From assembly GCA_001643675.2 (NCBI GenBank), contig LSRY02000037.1, positions 744,001 through 808,000 of the forward strand: DNA of 64,000 nucleotides. Direction: 5' to 3'. Made by a program: the position numbers and the translations under genes. The DNA comes from Monocercomonoides exilis PA203. Taxonomy: Eukaryota; Protista; Preaxostyla. The notes under the pieces were generated by a model. That model saw only the letters and a list, made by a program, of their open reading frames with translations. It was not told the DNA's origin and did not search any database. This document shows positions 52,983-64,000 of the stretch, in pieces (position 1 is the stretch's first letter; each line of letters starts with the position of its first letter).

Positions 52983-55683
52983 TCACCAATGTCCTTCGTT
53001 ATGTCCAATTCCTCCAGCAAATCCTCTTCCTTCATTGTCCCATCGACTGCCAATATTGAAAATTCCCTTCGGAATATGTGATGAGCCTCCAAACGAAGGA
53101 GAGTGTTCATAATCATTTGAAGAAGAAGAAGAATTCCGGCGCCCCCATACATCGGGATATGCAGTTGGGTCATTTTCATTATCATTTTCATTGTCGCTGT
53201 ATCTTTCTCTGTCTGAACGAGAAGAACTGCCCAAGCCGAATAAGTTGCTTAGCCCTCCTGGCAAATGACTGGTTGACGGATCATCTGAAGAAGAATCTGA
53301 AGAATCAGAGGAGGAAGAAGAAGAAGAAGAAGAAGGATGTTGAAGAGCTCTGCCGATGAGATAAGCAGAGGCGCCAGTGAGAAGGCCAGGAATGAAGTTT
53401 GAGCGGTTCAGCATAAACATCAGGTCACTCAATCCAAGTGGACGAGGGTTGAAAAAGGAAGAGGAAGAGGAAGAGGAAGAGGAAGAGGAAGAATTTCTTG
53501 TATTTCTTGAATTTCTATTTTGTCTGTCATTTTGATTATTTCTGTTTATTTCTCCACTGCTTCCTCTGCTGTCTCCTGTGAAAAACCTCGCAATCTTAGA
53601 AAGAATGCCAGTTCCATTTGAAATACCTGAACTTCCTGAAGTATTATTAGTTCGTATTCCTGTACCCGTACCTGTGCTTGTCATCACCCCATCTCTTTCT
53701 TCTCTTCCTTCCTCTTCTTCTCCTTCTCTTTCTTTTCCTTCTTCTCCTTCTCCTTCTTCTCCCTCTAAATGGCGTGGATGCTCACATCTGCAGAGAGGGC
53801 ACTCGTCTCTCACCTGAAGCCATTCATCAGCACATCTTCGGTGAAACTGGTGCCCACACTTCGGAAATGTCTCGACGGCATCGCGGGGATTTTCGTGGAT
53901 TTTGCCGGCAAAAGAAGAAGAAGAAGAAGAAGGAGAAAGAGAGGAAGAGGAGAAAGAGGAAGAAGAAGGACGAAGAGGAGGAGGAGGTTCAGAGGGAGGA
54001 GGGAGAGGGGGATATGAGCTTATTCCCTGTTGGTTGATGGAAGTGTTGATGGGGGGAGCAGAAGGAAGAGGGGAGCTGGATTCATCTGAGGTGGATTTGG
54101 AGGGTTGAGAAGAAGAAGATGAGGAGGAGGAGGAGGAGGAGGAAGAAGAAGATGATGATGAAGGAGTAGATGAAGAAGATGATAGTTTTTCACTCTGAAT
54201 TGATGTTTGATAGAACAATAACAAAAAAACAAAATGGAAATACGGAAAGTGATTGAAAGATGAGAGAATCATTGAAAAAAAAATATTAAAAAAATAACAT
54301 TTTTCAATGAAAAACGCAATTAAAAAAAAAAATAAATGAACAACTCATTGAAAAAAAAAAAAAAAAAGAGAGAGAGAAAAAGAAAAAGAAAAAGAATAAT
54401 AAGTAATCTCACAATATTCATCATCTCTAACACACATATTCCTTCATCTTTGCGAGGTGTGAAGGAGGAAAGCGTTCCATACAAATGGGACAGAACTCAC
54501 TGAAGATGGGTTTGGCTTCAGCTTCGCCTTTTTTCAGACGAGAGACCAAGGAAGACTGATGGGGAAGAGAAGATGAAGCGATGAAGAAGTGATGAAGAAA
54601 GGGGAATATTGGTTTGTTGTGGTGTTATAAAGAGAAAATATTAAAAATAACAATAAAACAAAAGAGAATAAATAGATTTCATTGAAATTTATCACATGAT
54701 TCAAAGAAAAACTTCCATACAATTTCATTTGTGAATGTCTTTTCTGTGTTCTTTTTGTGCTGCTTCTTCCACGCAGTGACTGCATACGCAGCGCCAATGA
54801 TAATCCCCAATCCGCCCACAAGAGCAAGGGCCGGATGCTTCGAAAAGAAAGACTTGTTATTTTTTTCGCTTGGATTCGAAGTCCGCCCGAATGGCAAGCT
54901 GCCTTGGTCAACTGCTTGTGTTAGTGCAGTGATTCCTGTCATCAGAGCCTTTCGAAGAAGTTCATAAAAATCGCGGGAAGATGCGATGAAAAATGGATAG
55001 AATTAATAAACAAAGTAATATCTTTAATAAAAAGCGAAACAACAAAAAGGCCATTTAATTGCAATTACCTCAGCATATTTACGCTTTTGGAGGGAAGGCT
55101 TCATTAATGCAATTACAGATTCCATAACTCCATTAGACATTGCTGATCGAAGTCTATTTCCAGTTGTAATATGAACCAGACGATCTTTCATTCTATATGA
55201 AAGTAACAAAGTTAGAATCTTCACACTAAAATAAAATTCAAAATCGAAAGCACACATCAACAACAAAATTATTCCTTTCTTATCTGGTTTTTCAAGTTCC
55301 CAATTTTGGAATAGGTTTGTTGAAAATTCTTCCGTAGTTTCATCTGAAGAAATTCCCTATAAACAATAATTTATTATATTTTATATCCTAAAAAAAATGC
55401 AAACATTTAAAATGACAATTCTTGGATTGAGATTTTTTATCAGTAGCGAAGCTTTTATGTGATTATTGAGAACTCTATATTCTGGTGGTAATAAAATTCC
55501 ATGAGGATCAAATACATAAGATGGAGGTAATGACGTAGAAGTTTTGAAAATTCTTTGGTAATCATTTAGTCGTTGTCTGGGAACAGATTTATTTGGTTCT
55601 TCGAAAGGATCAGGAACTTTTGATGAAATCCAATCACCATGTAGTAGTTCTATTATAAAAAGAAGTGATATTTGAAATATCAT
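52983..55683 (-). CDS. Signal peptide-TPM domain-TM-RING-H2 membrane E3 ubiquitin ligase, ~687 aa, 6 exons
   Basis: Exons 55683-55405, 55356-55256, 55192-55069, 54948-54721, 54555-54436 and 54194-52983 join in phase. TPM motifs YVFDPHGIL, LFQNWEL..KGIILL..DRLVHITTG, MKPSLQKRKY; TM LALVGGLGIIIGAAYAVTAW; RING CPIC..KCGHQFHRRCADEW..CPLCR. Confidence 0.82.
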
Positions 55684-55895
55684 ATTGGTATATTGGTCAT
55701 ATCCACGATTGTAGAAAATTTACCATCTTTAGTATTTCTGATATTTACAATGGGTAAATGATTTTTATTTTTTCGATATAAGTTGATAACAAACAAATCA
55801 TAACCTTTTCATTGTTTTGATGAACACAATAAAAAAGATGATGCTTTTAAATTGGACCATATTATTTTTTTATTCTTTCATTTTTATTTAATTAG

Positions 55896-58800
55896 ATGTC
55901 CTCAAGTCATGATGATTCAGGGCAATTATTCCCCGAATCAAACCATGTAAAGATGTATGTGCTATCTAACAAAAGAGTTTAAAACATATATTTGTTCAAT
56001 TATAGACCTGAGGACGTTGAAAAAGATTATTGTTTATGTAATTGCGAAGGAACGGAATCAGGTTTTATTTATTGGACAAATAGCTCACCACTAATTTTAT
56101 TTATTAATTTGTTAAATCTTTCTTTTGTCAAAAATTTATCTTCTTTTCTGTTATCTCAATAATTTGAATGATATGAAAAACCAATTCTGAACACTTTTGA
56201 ACTTCGCTTTGAATGCATAAAAATTTTTAAAAAGGCTGTGAGATACAATGTGATTTGTGTCTAAACTGGTTTGATGATTTTATTTTGTTTGCATTTTTTG
56301 ATTGAGCGAGATTATTTAAAGGTTCCATTTAAAATGCGCTGAATTGCAAGTGAACGACATAAAAGAAAAGAAGAATTGGCTCTGCACGCAGTGCACAGTA
56401 TGAAACATTTCCCCCCTGAAAACATCTAAGTCTTGTCTTTTTAAAGGAAAAAATTAAAACCTTGAATCTGAAGCAAATGCAAAAATTGTACAGAAAGAAA
56501 CAGAAAGTAAAGCCAAAACACAACTTCCAAAAACGATTAATTTTTCAAATGGCCCCTAAGTCATTGGATGATATGAAAGACAAAAGTGATACTCTTACTG
56601 AACAAAAAGTTTCTTCAGATGTCAAAATTGAAACATTGAGTGAAACTGAAATGAATAATGAAATTGCAGACATGGAATGTCCGTACGAAAATGTTGACGA
56701 TACAATTGATGCAAGTTTCACAGAGGCAATTCACGATCCTATTCCTCTGCACGAGGAAAATGCTCTCAAAGAACAAATCGAAGCTAAACAGGAAACACTT
56801 CTACAACAGGAAGAAAAACCAACCATCATGGAAGATGATAGCAAGTCTTTTCTGTTCAGGCCAAGATGGCAGAGAGAAGACGCACGCAAAGCATCGAATG
56901 ACGAGCATGTGAAAGAAATATTGCGCTTGAATGGGATCAATGCAATGAAATTCCTCAGCAACATTGAGAAGTTTTCCCCGTTTATCCCTCGCCCACCTCC
57001 GTGGTATTCTGACTCTTCCTCTGAAGAAATTGACAGAGAAGGCGCTTTGGTCAAACAAGAAAAACCAATCTTTCCACTTGCTTCTGGTTCTGCTCCTTCA
57101 CTTGTATTTTCCAACGCAGATATTGCTTTGCCATCATCAACATCTTCTCGTTCTCCTTCTTATTCTTCATCCAAATCAGATTTATTGCAAGTGTCAAATT
57201 CCACCTCAATCATTGAAGGAAACCAACAAATAGAAAGACATCTAGCCACACCTCCTCTGCTTGCCTTTGCCGAGCTGCTGCTTTTGCTTCAGTCAAAACG
57301 GCTGAACAATTTGAAAGAGAAGCTGAAAGAAATCAAAGAGGCAGAGAAGAATTCCAATGACTGCAAGTCCTCTTCAAGCACAAAGAGGAGAACAGTCAAA
57401 GAAACACGCAAAGCGCTTCAGATGAGGAGAGAAAGACAGTCACAGGGAGCTTGTTTCATTCGCAGGATATTTCAGAAGATGGGTTTGTTTCAAAGTGAAT
57501 ATACGGCAGAGGACTGGAATGAGATGATGAGCAAAACAGAAGTGGTGAAGTGTGTGAGGACGAAGAAGAAAGTGTACGTGCCAGAGACAGGGTGGTTTGT
57601 GATGTGGAAGGAGGAGCAAAAAGCGAATGGGAAGACGGGAAGTGAAAAGGAAGGAGAAGCATTGCATTCACTGACAACTGTGTCAAGGAACAAGATTGTG
57701 AGGGGATTGATTCCATTTGTGGAAGTAAAGAGAATTCAGAGTGTGAGGAGAGGAAGGAAATCGCAGTCGAAGAAGAAGACGACGATGAAGAAGAAGAATG
57801 AGGTTGGCAATGAAAGCGATGAAAAGAGATCAGAAAAGCAGGGTTTGAAATCTGTGGAGGGAAAGAAAGAAGAAGAAGAAGAAATAGAAAAAGAGAAGGA
57901 AGAAGATTCAGGAATAAAAAAGAGTGAAAGAGAAGATGGATTGACAAAGAATCTTGAAGCACAGTTATCAGAAGTGAAGAAAAAGGAAGGAAAAGAAAAC
58001 AAAGAAAGAGGAAAGACAGAAAATGATGAAGTGAGGAAAAAAATGATTCATCTTGACGAAGTTGAAATAGAAATGAGAAATGAGAAAAAAGACGAAAAAA
58101 TAGAAAAAGAAATAATTTGTGAGAAGAATGCAACATCCAACAAAATAATGACTGAAAAAGAAGAAATTCAAAAGGAAGAATTGAATGAGAGGGCGAATGA
58201 AGAAGATGAGTATGATACAAAGGAAGATGAAACTGTTGGAGCAAAGAAAAGGATTGTAAAGAAAAAGAAGAAGAAAAAGGGAAGAAAGGCAAGTGAAAGA
58301 GGAAGAGGAAGAGGAAGAGGAAGAGGAAGAGAAAAAGAGGAAGAGGAAGAAAATGAAGAAGAAGAAATCCAACAATTGATACGGCACAATGAAGAGCCCG
58401 AGATTGTCAACACACTGAAAGAAGGGAAAGATATTGAAAAATATGGAAAACTTGTTGAAAGAGCTGAAGAAAAAAGTGAAGGAAAAAAGGAGAAAGAAGA
58501 TGAAAAAATTGAAAAAATTGAAAAAATTCCGCAATCAGTTCAAGACAGTGTTATTATTGAGGATGAAATCAAAACAAAGGGAAAAAATGATATTGAAAAT
58601 GAAGTGAAAAAAGAAATGAAAATTCCAAAAGAAAGCAACGCAACAAAAGAAGAAGCATCAAAAACATTAAAAGCAAATACCATTTCTTCAAATAAAACAC
58701 CCAACATCCAATCAATTGCTGAACCCCCATCCACTCACAAATCCTTTTACTCACAAAATTCATCAAATTCATCAAATTCATCAAATTCTTTCAATTCCTC

Positions 58801-60555
58801 CACAAAATCAATCAATTTAAGCCGAGACGAGCTATTCCATCAATTAGAGTCACAATCACTCAGTTCAATCGCATCTCGTTCAACTGGATACATCCGGAAA
58901 GTTAGCAAGCCACCGCGCAAACCGTATCAGATCAATTGGTTTCTTTCAAAAAACACGAAGAAGAAGAAGATAAATGAGTGGGGGGACATCAAAGAGGCAC
59001 TTTTTCTGCTGAAGGATGTGGTTAGGCTGTCGATTAGTGATGAAGTTGTGGTGTGCGTGAAGGAGAAGGAGAAGAGGAAGAGGAGCAAGACAGGGAGGGA
59101 ATGCACGATGAGGTGGAGGGAGATGATGAGGGAGAGGAGGGAGGAGCTGCTGAACGCGAAGAGGAAGGAGGAGGAGGAGGAGGAGGAAGAGAAGGAGAAA
59201 ATGAATGGAAGTGGAAGTGAAAAGGGTGATGGAAATGAGAATGGAAATGATGATGGAAGGGGAGAAAGTTGGAGAGCGGAGGGAAGGAGGAAGAATAAGA
59301 GCAAGGTGATGATGCTGACGTTGATGGAGTTGATGAAGAAGAAGAAGAAAAAAACAAAGGCAAAGAATGAAAAAGATGGGAAAGAGGATAAAAAAGAAGT
59401 TGATGACAAGTCAATTCAATCAAATGATGAACAAACAGAAGTTTCTTCAGTGGAAATTGCTTCGCATTCACAAAATGACAGAAAAGAGGATAAATTAAAG
59501 GAAAGTGAAGAAAAAAAGGAAAACACAAAAGATTTATTTGAAGTGAAAGAACAGGAAATAGACACAGAGAAAGATGTTTTTTTGAATAACACCAAAATTT
59601 CAGATGAAACAACAAAAGAAAATATATCTCTTGGAAAAGATGACGTTGAATCAACAGATTCGATTTCAGTGAATCAAAATGGTTTGGTTGATTCTTCTAA
59701 CTCTTCTTCTTCCTCCTCCTCTTCATCCTCCTCTTCCTCCTCCTCTTCTCCTCCTTCTCCTCCTTCTCCTCCTTCTGTATTGTCTATGCTATTTTCATCA
59801 TCAATTAAAGCATCCCACAAATCTTCCACATCTTCTTCTTCCTTTTCTTCTTCCTCTTCTTCTTCTTCAATGTCTTCTTCCTCCTCCTCCTCTTCTTCCC
59901 CTTTATCATCACCACCACCATCATCTTCTAATTCTTCTTCTTCTTCCCCTTCCTCTTCCCCTTCTTCTCCTCTCCTCAACCCAAAACCTCTCAATCCTCC
60001 CATCAACTTTCCTCTGAATCCAATTTACCCTTTCTCCAACAGCCCTTTCACTCTTCCTTCGCTTCCTTCGCTTCCTTCGCTTCCTTCTCTGCCTTCTCTG
60101 CCTCAGCTTCTCCCTTCTCTTCTGCCTCTTCCTCAACTTGGTTGCTTTCCTTCTCTTTCTCCTCTTCCTCTTCCTCTTTCAATTCCTGTTCTTTTGCCGA
60201 TTCCTTTATCTCTCTATCCACCTTCTGCATCAACAAACATCAGATCAACTTCTTCTTCTTCTTCTTCTTCTTCTAGTTCATCATCATCATCATCACCATC
60301 TTCTTCCTCTTCTCCTTCTCCTTCTTCTCCTTCATCACCATCATCTTCTGCATCATCCTTATCTTCAACAAAACAATATCCCTTAACTTTGTATCTTCCT
60401 CTTTATTTATCTACATCTCTACCACCTTCTCTTCCTCCTTCTCTTCCTCCTTCTCTTCCTCATTCTCTTCCTCATTCTCTTCCTTCTTCTTTACAATCTT
60501 CTTTTTCTTTTTCTTCCTCTTCCTCTTCCTCTTCACATTCAACGTCATCAACAAC

Positions 60556-60591
<36 letters not shown>

Positions 60592-62017
60592 TTCTTCTTC
60601 TTCCTCTTCTTCTTCACAGTTTCTTTCAAATTCTTCGTCTGTTATTGAAAGCTCATCAAAACAAAGTAAACAAAAGAAGGAAAACATTATTAGAATTAAA
60701 GAAGAAAATAAAGGAAAAATGGAAATTGATAATGATAAGGAAAGAGAAAGAGAAAAGGAAAAGGAAAAAGAAAGAGTAAAAGAGAAGGAGAGAAAAAAAG
60801 AAGGGGAAGAGAAAGAAGAGAAAGAAGAGAAAGAGAAAGAAAAAAAGGAGAAGAAAGAAGAAGAAGAAGAAGAAGAAGAATTTAAGGAAAGATTGAATAA
60901 ACCAATTCCAAAAGAGTCTGAAAACAACAAGTCAAACGAAAACCTCACAGAATCAATACAACCATCATCATCATCATCATCATCATCATCATTGCTCTCT
61001 TCCAATGAAGAAGAAATCTCTCTTCAGAAGGAGAAAGAGAAAGAGAAAGAGAAAGAGAAGGAGAAGGAGAAAGAAAAAGAAAAAGAAGAAGAAGAGAAAG
61101 AGAAAGAATATGAGATAGAGGCAGAATATCCAGCTGGTTCTGGACTGCTGTTGTTGTTCCATTCAGCTGTGATGGCTGATCCTTCGCTTCTTTTGGAGGC
61201 AATAGGAGAGATTGGATGGGGAGACGGGAGAGAAGAAGAGGAGAAGGAGAAGGAGAAGGAGAAGAAGAAAGGGAAGAAGAGGGGGAGAAAGAGAAAAGAT
61301 AGAGGAAATGATGAAGAGAAAAAGGAGGAGGAGGAGGAAGATGATGATGAAGCACAAGAGGAAGAAGAAGAAGAAGAAGAAGAAGAGGAAGAGGAGGAAA
61401 AAGATGAAGATGAAGAAGAGGATGAAGAAAGGAAAAGAAATGCGAAGAAGAGAAAGTGGAGAAAACCAAAAAGTGAGTTTTTTGTGGCAGTTGAAGGTAT
61501 TGTTGACAAATCGAGGGGTTTGAAGAAGGATGGTCAGATGAAATTAACACAAGAGAGCATTTATGAGAGTGAAACAGAAGGAAAAGAGAAGGAAAAGGAG
61601 GAGGAGAAGAAGAAGGGAGGAAGAAAAGAGGAAGAAGAAGAGAAAGAAAGAGAAAGAGAAAAAGAAGAAGAAAGTTATGAAGGAAGCGATGAAGAGAGTC
61701 AAAATAAAGCAAAAAAATCGTTTGGAGCAAGAAAGAAACGTATTAAAGACAGTGACGATGAGGGAGAAGATGAAGAAGAGAAAAGAGAAAGAGAAGAAAG
61801 AGAAGAAAGGGAAGAAAGAGAAGAAAGGGAAGAAAGAGAAAGAGAAGAGAAAGAAAAATTAACAGAAGAAGTTTATAACCCTTCTGGTGATAACTTATCT
61901 GAACATAAGAAACCTCTTATTTCAGCCAGCACAACATCCAAAAGTTTAACCAATCTTCCATCTTCATCTTTGTCATCATCATCATCATCATCATCTTCCT
62001 CTTCCCCTTCTTCCTCT

Positions 62018-62052
<35 letters not shown>

Positions 62053-63182
62053 TTCCTCCTCTTCCTCCTCTTCCTCTCCCACTTCTTCCTCCCCCACCAC
62101 CTCCTCTCCTCTTCCCGATCGCCGAACCACCCTTCGCTCACACAGCAGTTCCACAATCGAGGCAGTTCTGGCGCTTGTGAGAGGAGGAAGGTCAGCTCAG
62201 CATTTGTATTCACTTGGATGGAAAGTGGAGGACAAGAAGTATGAGGGATATAAGAGAACAGGGAGGAGGAAGAAGATGATGGAGAAGATGGAGAAAAAGA
62301 AAGAGAAAGAGAAAGAGGAGATAAAGAAAAAGGGGATGAATACGAGGAGAAAGGAGAAAGTGGAAGAGAAAGAGGAGGAAGTGAAGAAGAAAGATAAGGT
62401 CAAAGGAACAAAAGGGTTGAGGAAAGATGAGAAAGAAGAGAAAAAAGATGTTAAAAATAAAATTATTGAGAAAGAAGAAGAAGAAGACAAAAAAGAAGAA
62501 GTCAAACAAGATGAAGCTAAGTTACTCACTGAAAATGCAACATTCACAAGCAAAACAGCAGAAAATGATAGAAATTCAGTTGAAAGGAAACAAAACTCTG
62601 AGAAAGCGACAAAACGAGGAAGAAGGAAAGATAATTCTTCTTCTTCTTCATTGCCACAACTTCAATCAAAGGAATTGCATGTAGAAACACAACCAACAGA
62701 TAATAATTCGAAATCTCATTCTTCTTCTCATTTTTCTTCATCCTCTTCCTCTTCCTCTTCCTCTTCCTCTTCCTCTTCTTCTTCTTCTTCCTCTTCCTCT
62801 TCTTCATCTTCATTGCCATCCACATTCACAAAGTCCACAGTAACCACACGCTCCTCCAAAAGATCTTTAACAACAGAAAAAGAAGAGGAAATAAAAGAAA
62901 AAGAGGAAAAAGAATTGAAAAAAACCAGAAATAATAAAAAAAAAGAAGAAAAACTGCAAAGTTTGATAGAAAAAAGCAACAAAACCGATCTTCCTCTTCA
63001 CATTTTGAGGAGAATTGGATATGATTTTGATGTAAGCTCAATCACACAGAAGAATCATGAAGCAGAGGAAAAGAAGGAAAAACAGAAGAAAACGAAAAAT
63101 CTAACCATAAAACAAGAAGTTGTTGTTGGTGATAGTGTTAATCAAATGGATAAGGATGGAATTAATAGAGAGGAAAATACAA

Positions 63183-63214
<32 letters not shown>

Positions 63215-64000
63215 ATTGATAACAATAATGAAATTGATAAAAACAATAACAAGAAAAGAAAGAAGAAGAAGAAGAAGAAGAAGACAGAGATAAATAAAAC
63301 TGATGTGTCATCAATGGAAGATGAAATGATTGCGAAAACAAAGAGAAATGAAGATTTTCTGGTTGAATGGCCAACAAAACGGAAATATACAAGACAAGGT
63401 GAATTTAATAAGGATGATGATAATTTGGATACATCATCATCATCATCATCATCTTCTTCTTCTTCTTCCTCGTCTTCCTCTTCTTCCTCTTCTTTATCAA
63501 TTTCAAAAGAAATGGATGAAGATCAAACGATTTACACAGATCTACCAACTTCTTCTTCTTCTTCTTCAATTCAATCGAATTCTTCTGACCATTCAGATTT
63601 AACCTCCAATGATATTTCCACAGACACTAATTCTTCTTCTTCTTCGTCTCTTTTTCCGTTTAATTCGTATCTCTCTCCTCTTGTTGATTCTTTGATGCAC
63701 GCACCATTTCCAACATACAAAAATTCTTCTTCTTCTTCCTCTTCTCCTTCTCCTTCTCCTTTACCTTCTCCATCTTCCTCAACTTCCCCTTCCCCTTCTC
63801 CTTCTTTATCCACCCCGTCTTCTCCATTGATAGCTACTCCATCACCGTCTCCATCACTGTCTCCATCATCACCTTCTTTTTCCTCTTCTTCCTCTTCTTC
63901 CTCTTCTTCCTCGTCTTCCTCCTCTTCTTCTGTTTTGTCTATGCTATTTTCTTCTTCAATAAAAGCATCCCACAAATCTTCTTCTTCTTCTTCTTCCTCC
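55896..64000 (+). CDS. Giant PHD-finger protein with Glu/Lys/Ser low-complexity body (3' end beyond window)
   Basis: Exons 55896-55954, 56006-56061, 56235-56268, 56322-56397 and 56447 onward assemble YCLC..IQCDLCLNWFHLKC..WLCTQC (C4HC3). The last exon read open in the same frame where spot-checked up to the window end, which would explain its absence from the ORF track. Confidence 0.85.

Noticed and set aside
56731-63975. Many minus-strand and off-frame ORFs
   Set aside because: Shadows of the long plus-strand PHD-protein exon.
1-64000. TAA/TAG-to-Gln reassignment as in some oxymonads
   Set aside because: Conserved genes have no in-frame TAR codons, and TAA, TAG and TGA all terminate genes at the expected positions.
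1-64000. tRNA, rRNA or telomeric repeats
   Set aside because: No cloverleaf/T-loop signature, rRNA-like segment or telomere array recognised by eye; a tRNAscan-SE/Infernal run is needed to exclude small RNAs.

Overview
AT-rich, intron-containing eukaryotic genomic DNA in the standard genetic code, with short GT-AG introns (one GC-AG) and extreme TCT/GAA poly-Ser/Glu coding tracts. The style, and a member of a characteristic expanded helical-protein family (31997-33569), suggest the amitochondriate oxymonad Monocercomonoides exilis or a close relative; this is inference from recall, not a search. Spliced gene models reconstructed by hand: a divergent RNA polymerase I subunit A34 candidate, CFAP58, a ~4,190-aa Mei2-like RRM protein, a divergent Arf GTPase, an ABCC/MRP transporter, ABCE1/RLI1, a TPM-TM-RING-H2 membrane E3 ligase, and a giant PHD-finger protein that runs off the window. 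Two intronless genes look bacterial: an acyltransferase-3 (OafA/WecH-like) and a secreted LysM + Tae2/Dae2-like peptidoglycan amidase. The amidase is a candidate domesticated type VI secretion toxin and the most exciting item. Mobile and repeated DNA includes a dead Tc1 element, a dead Merlin element, a pogo-like MITE, a 120-bp-arm near-perfect hairpin, and an unnamed dispersed bipartite element built from TGGRACAAA inverted half-sites spaced 18 and 28 bp.
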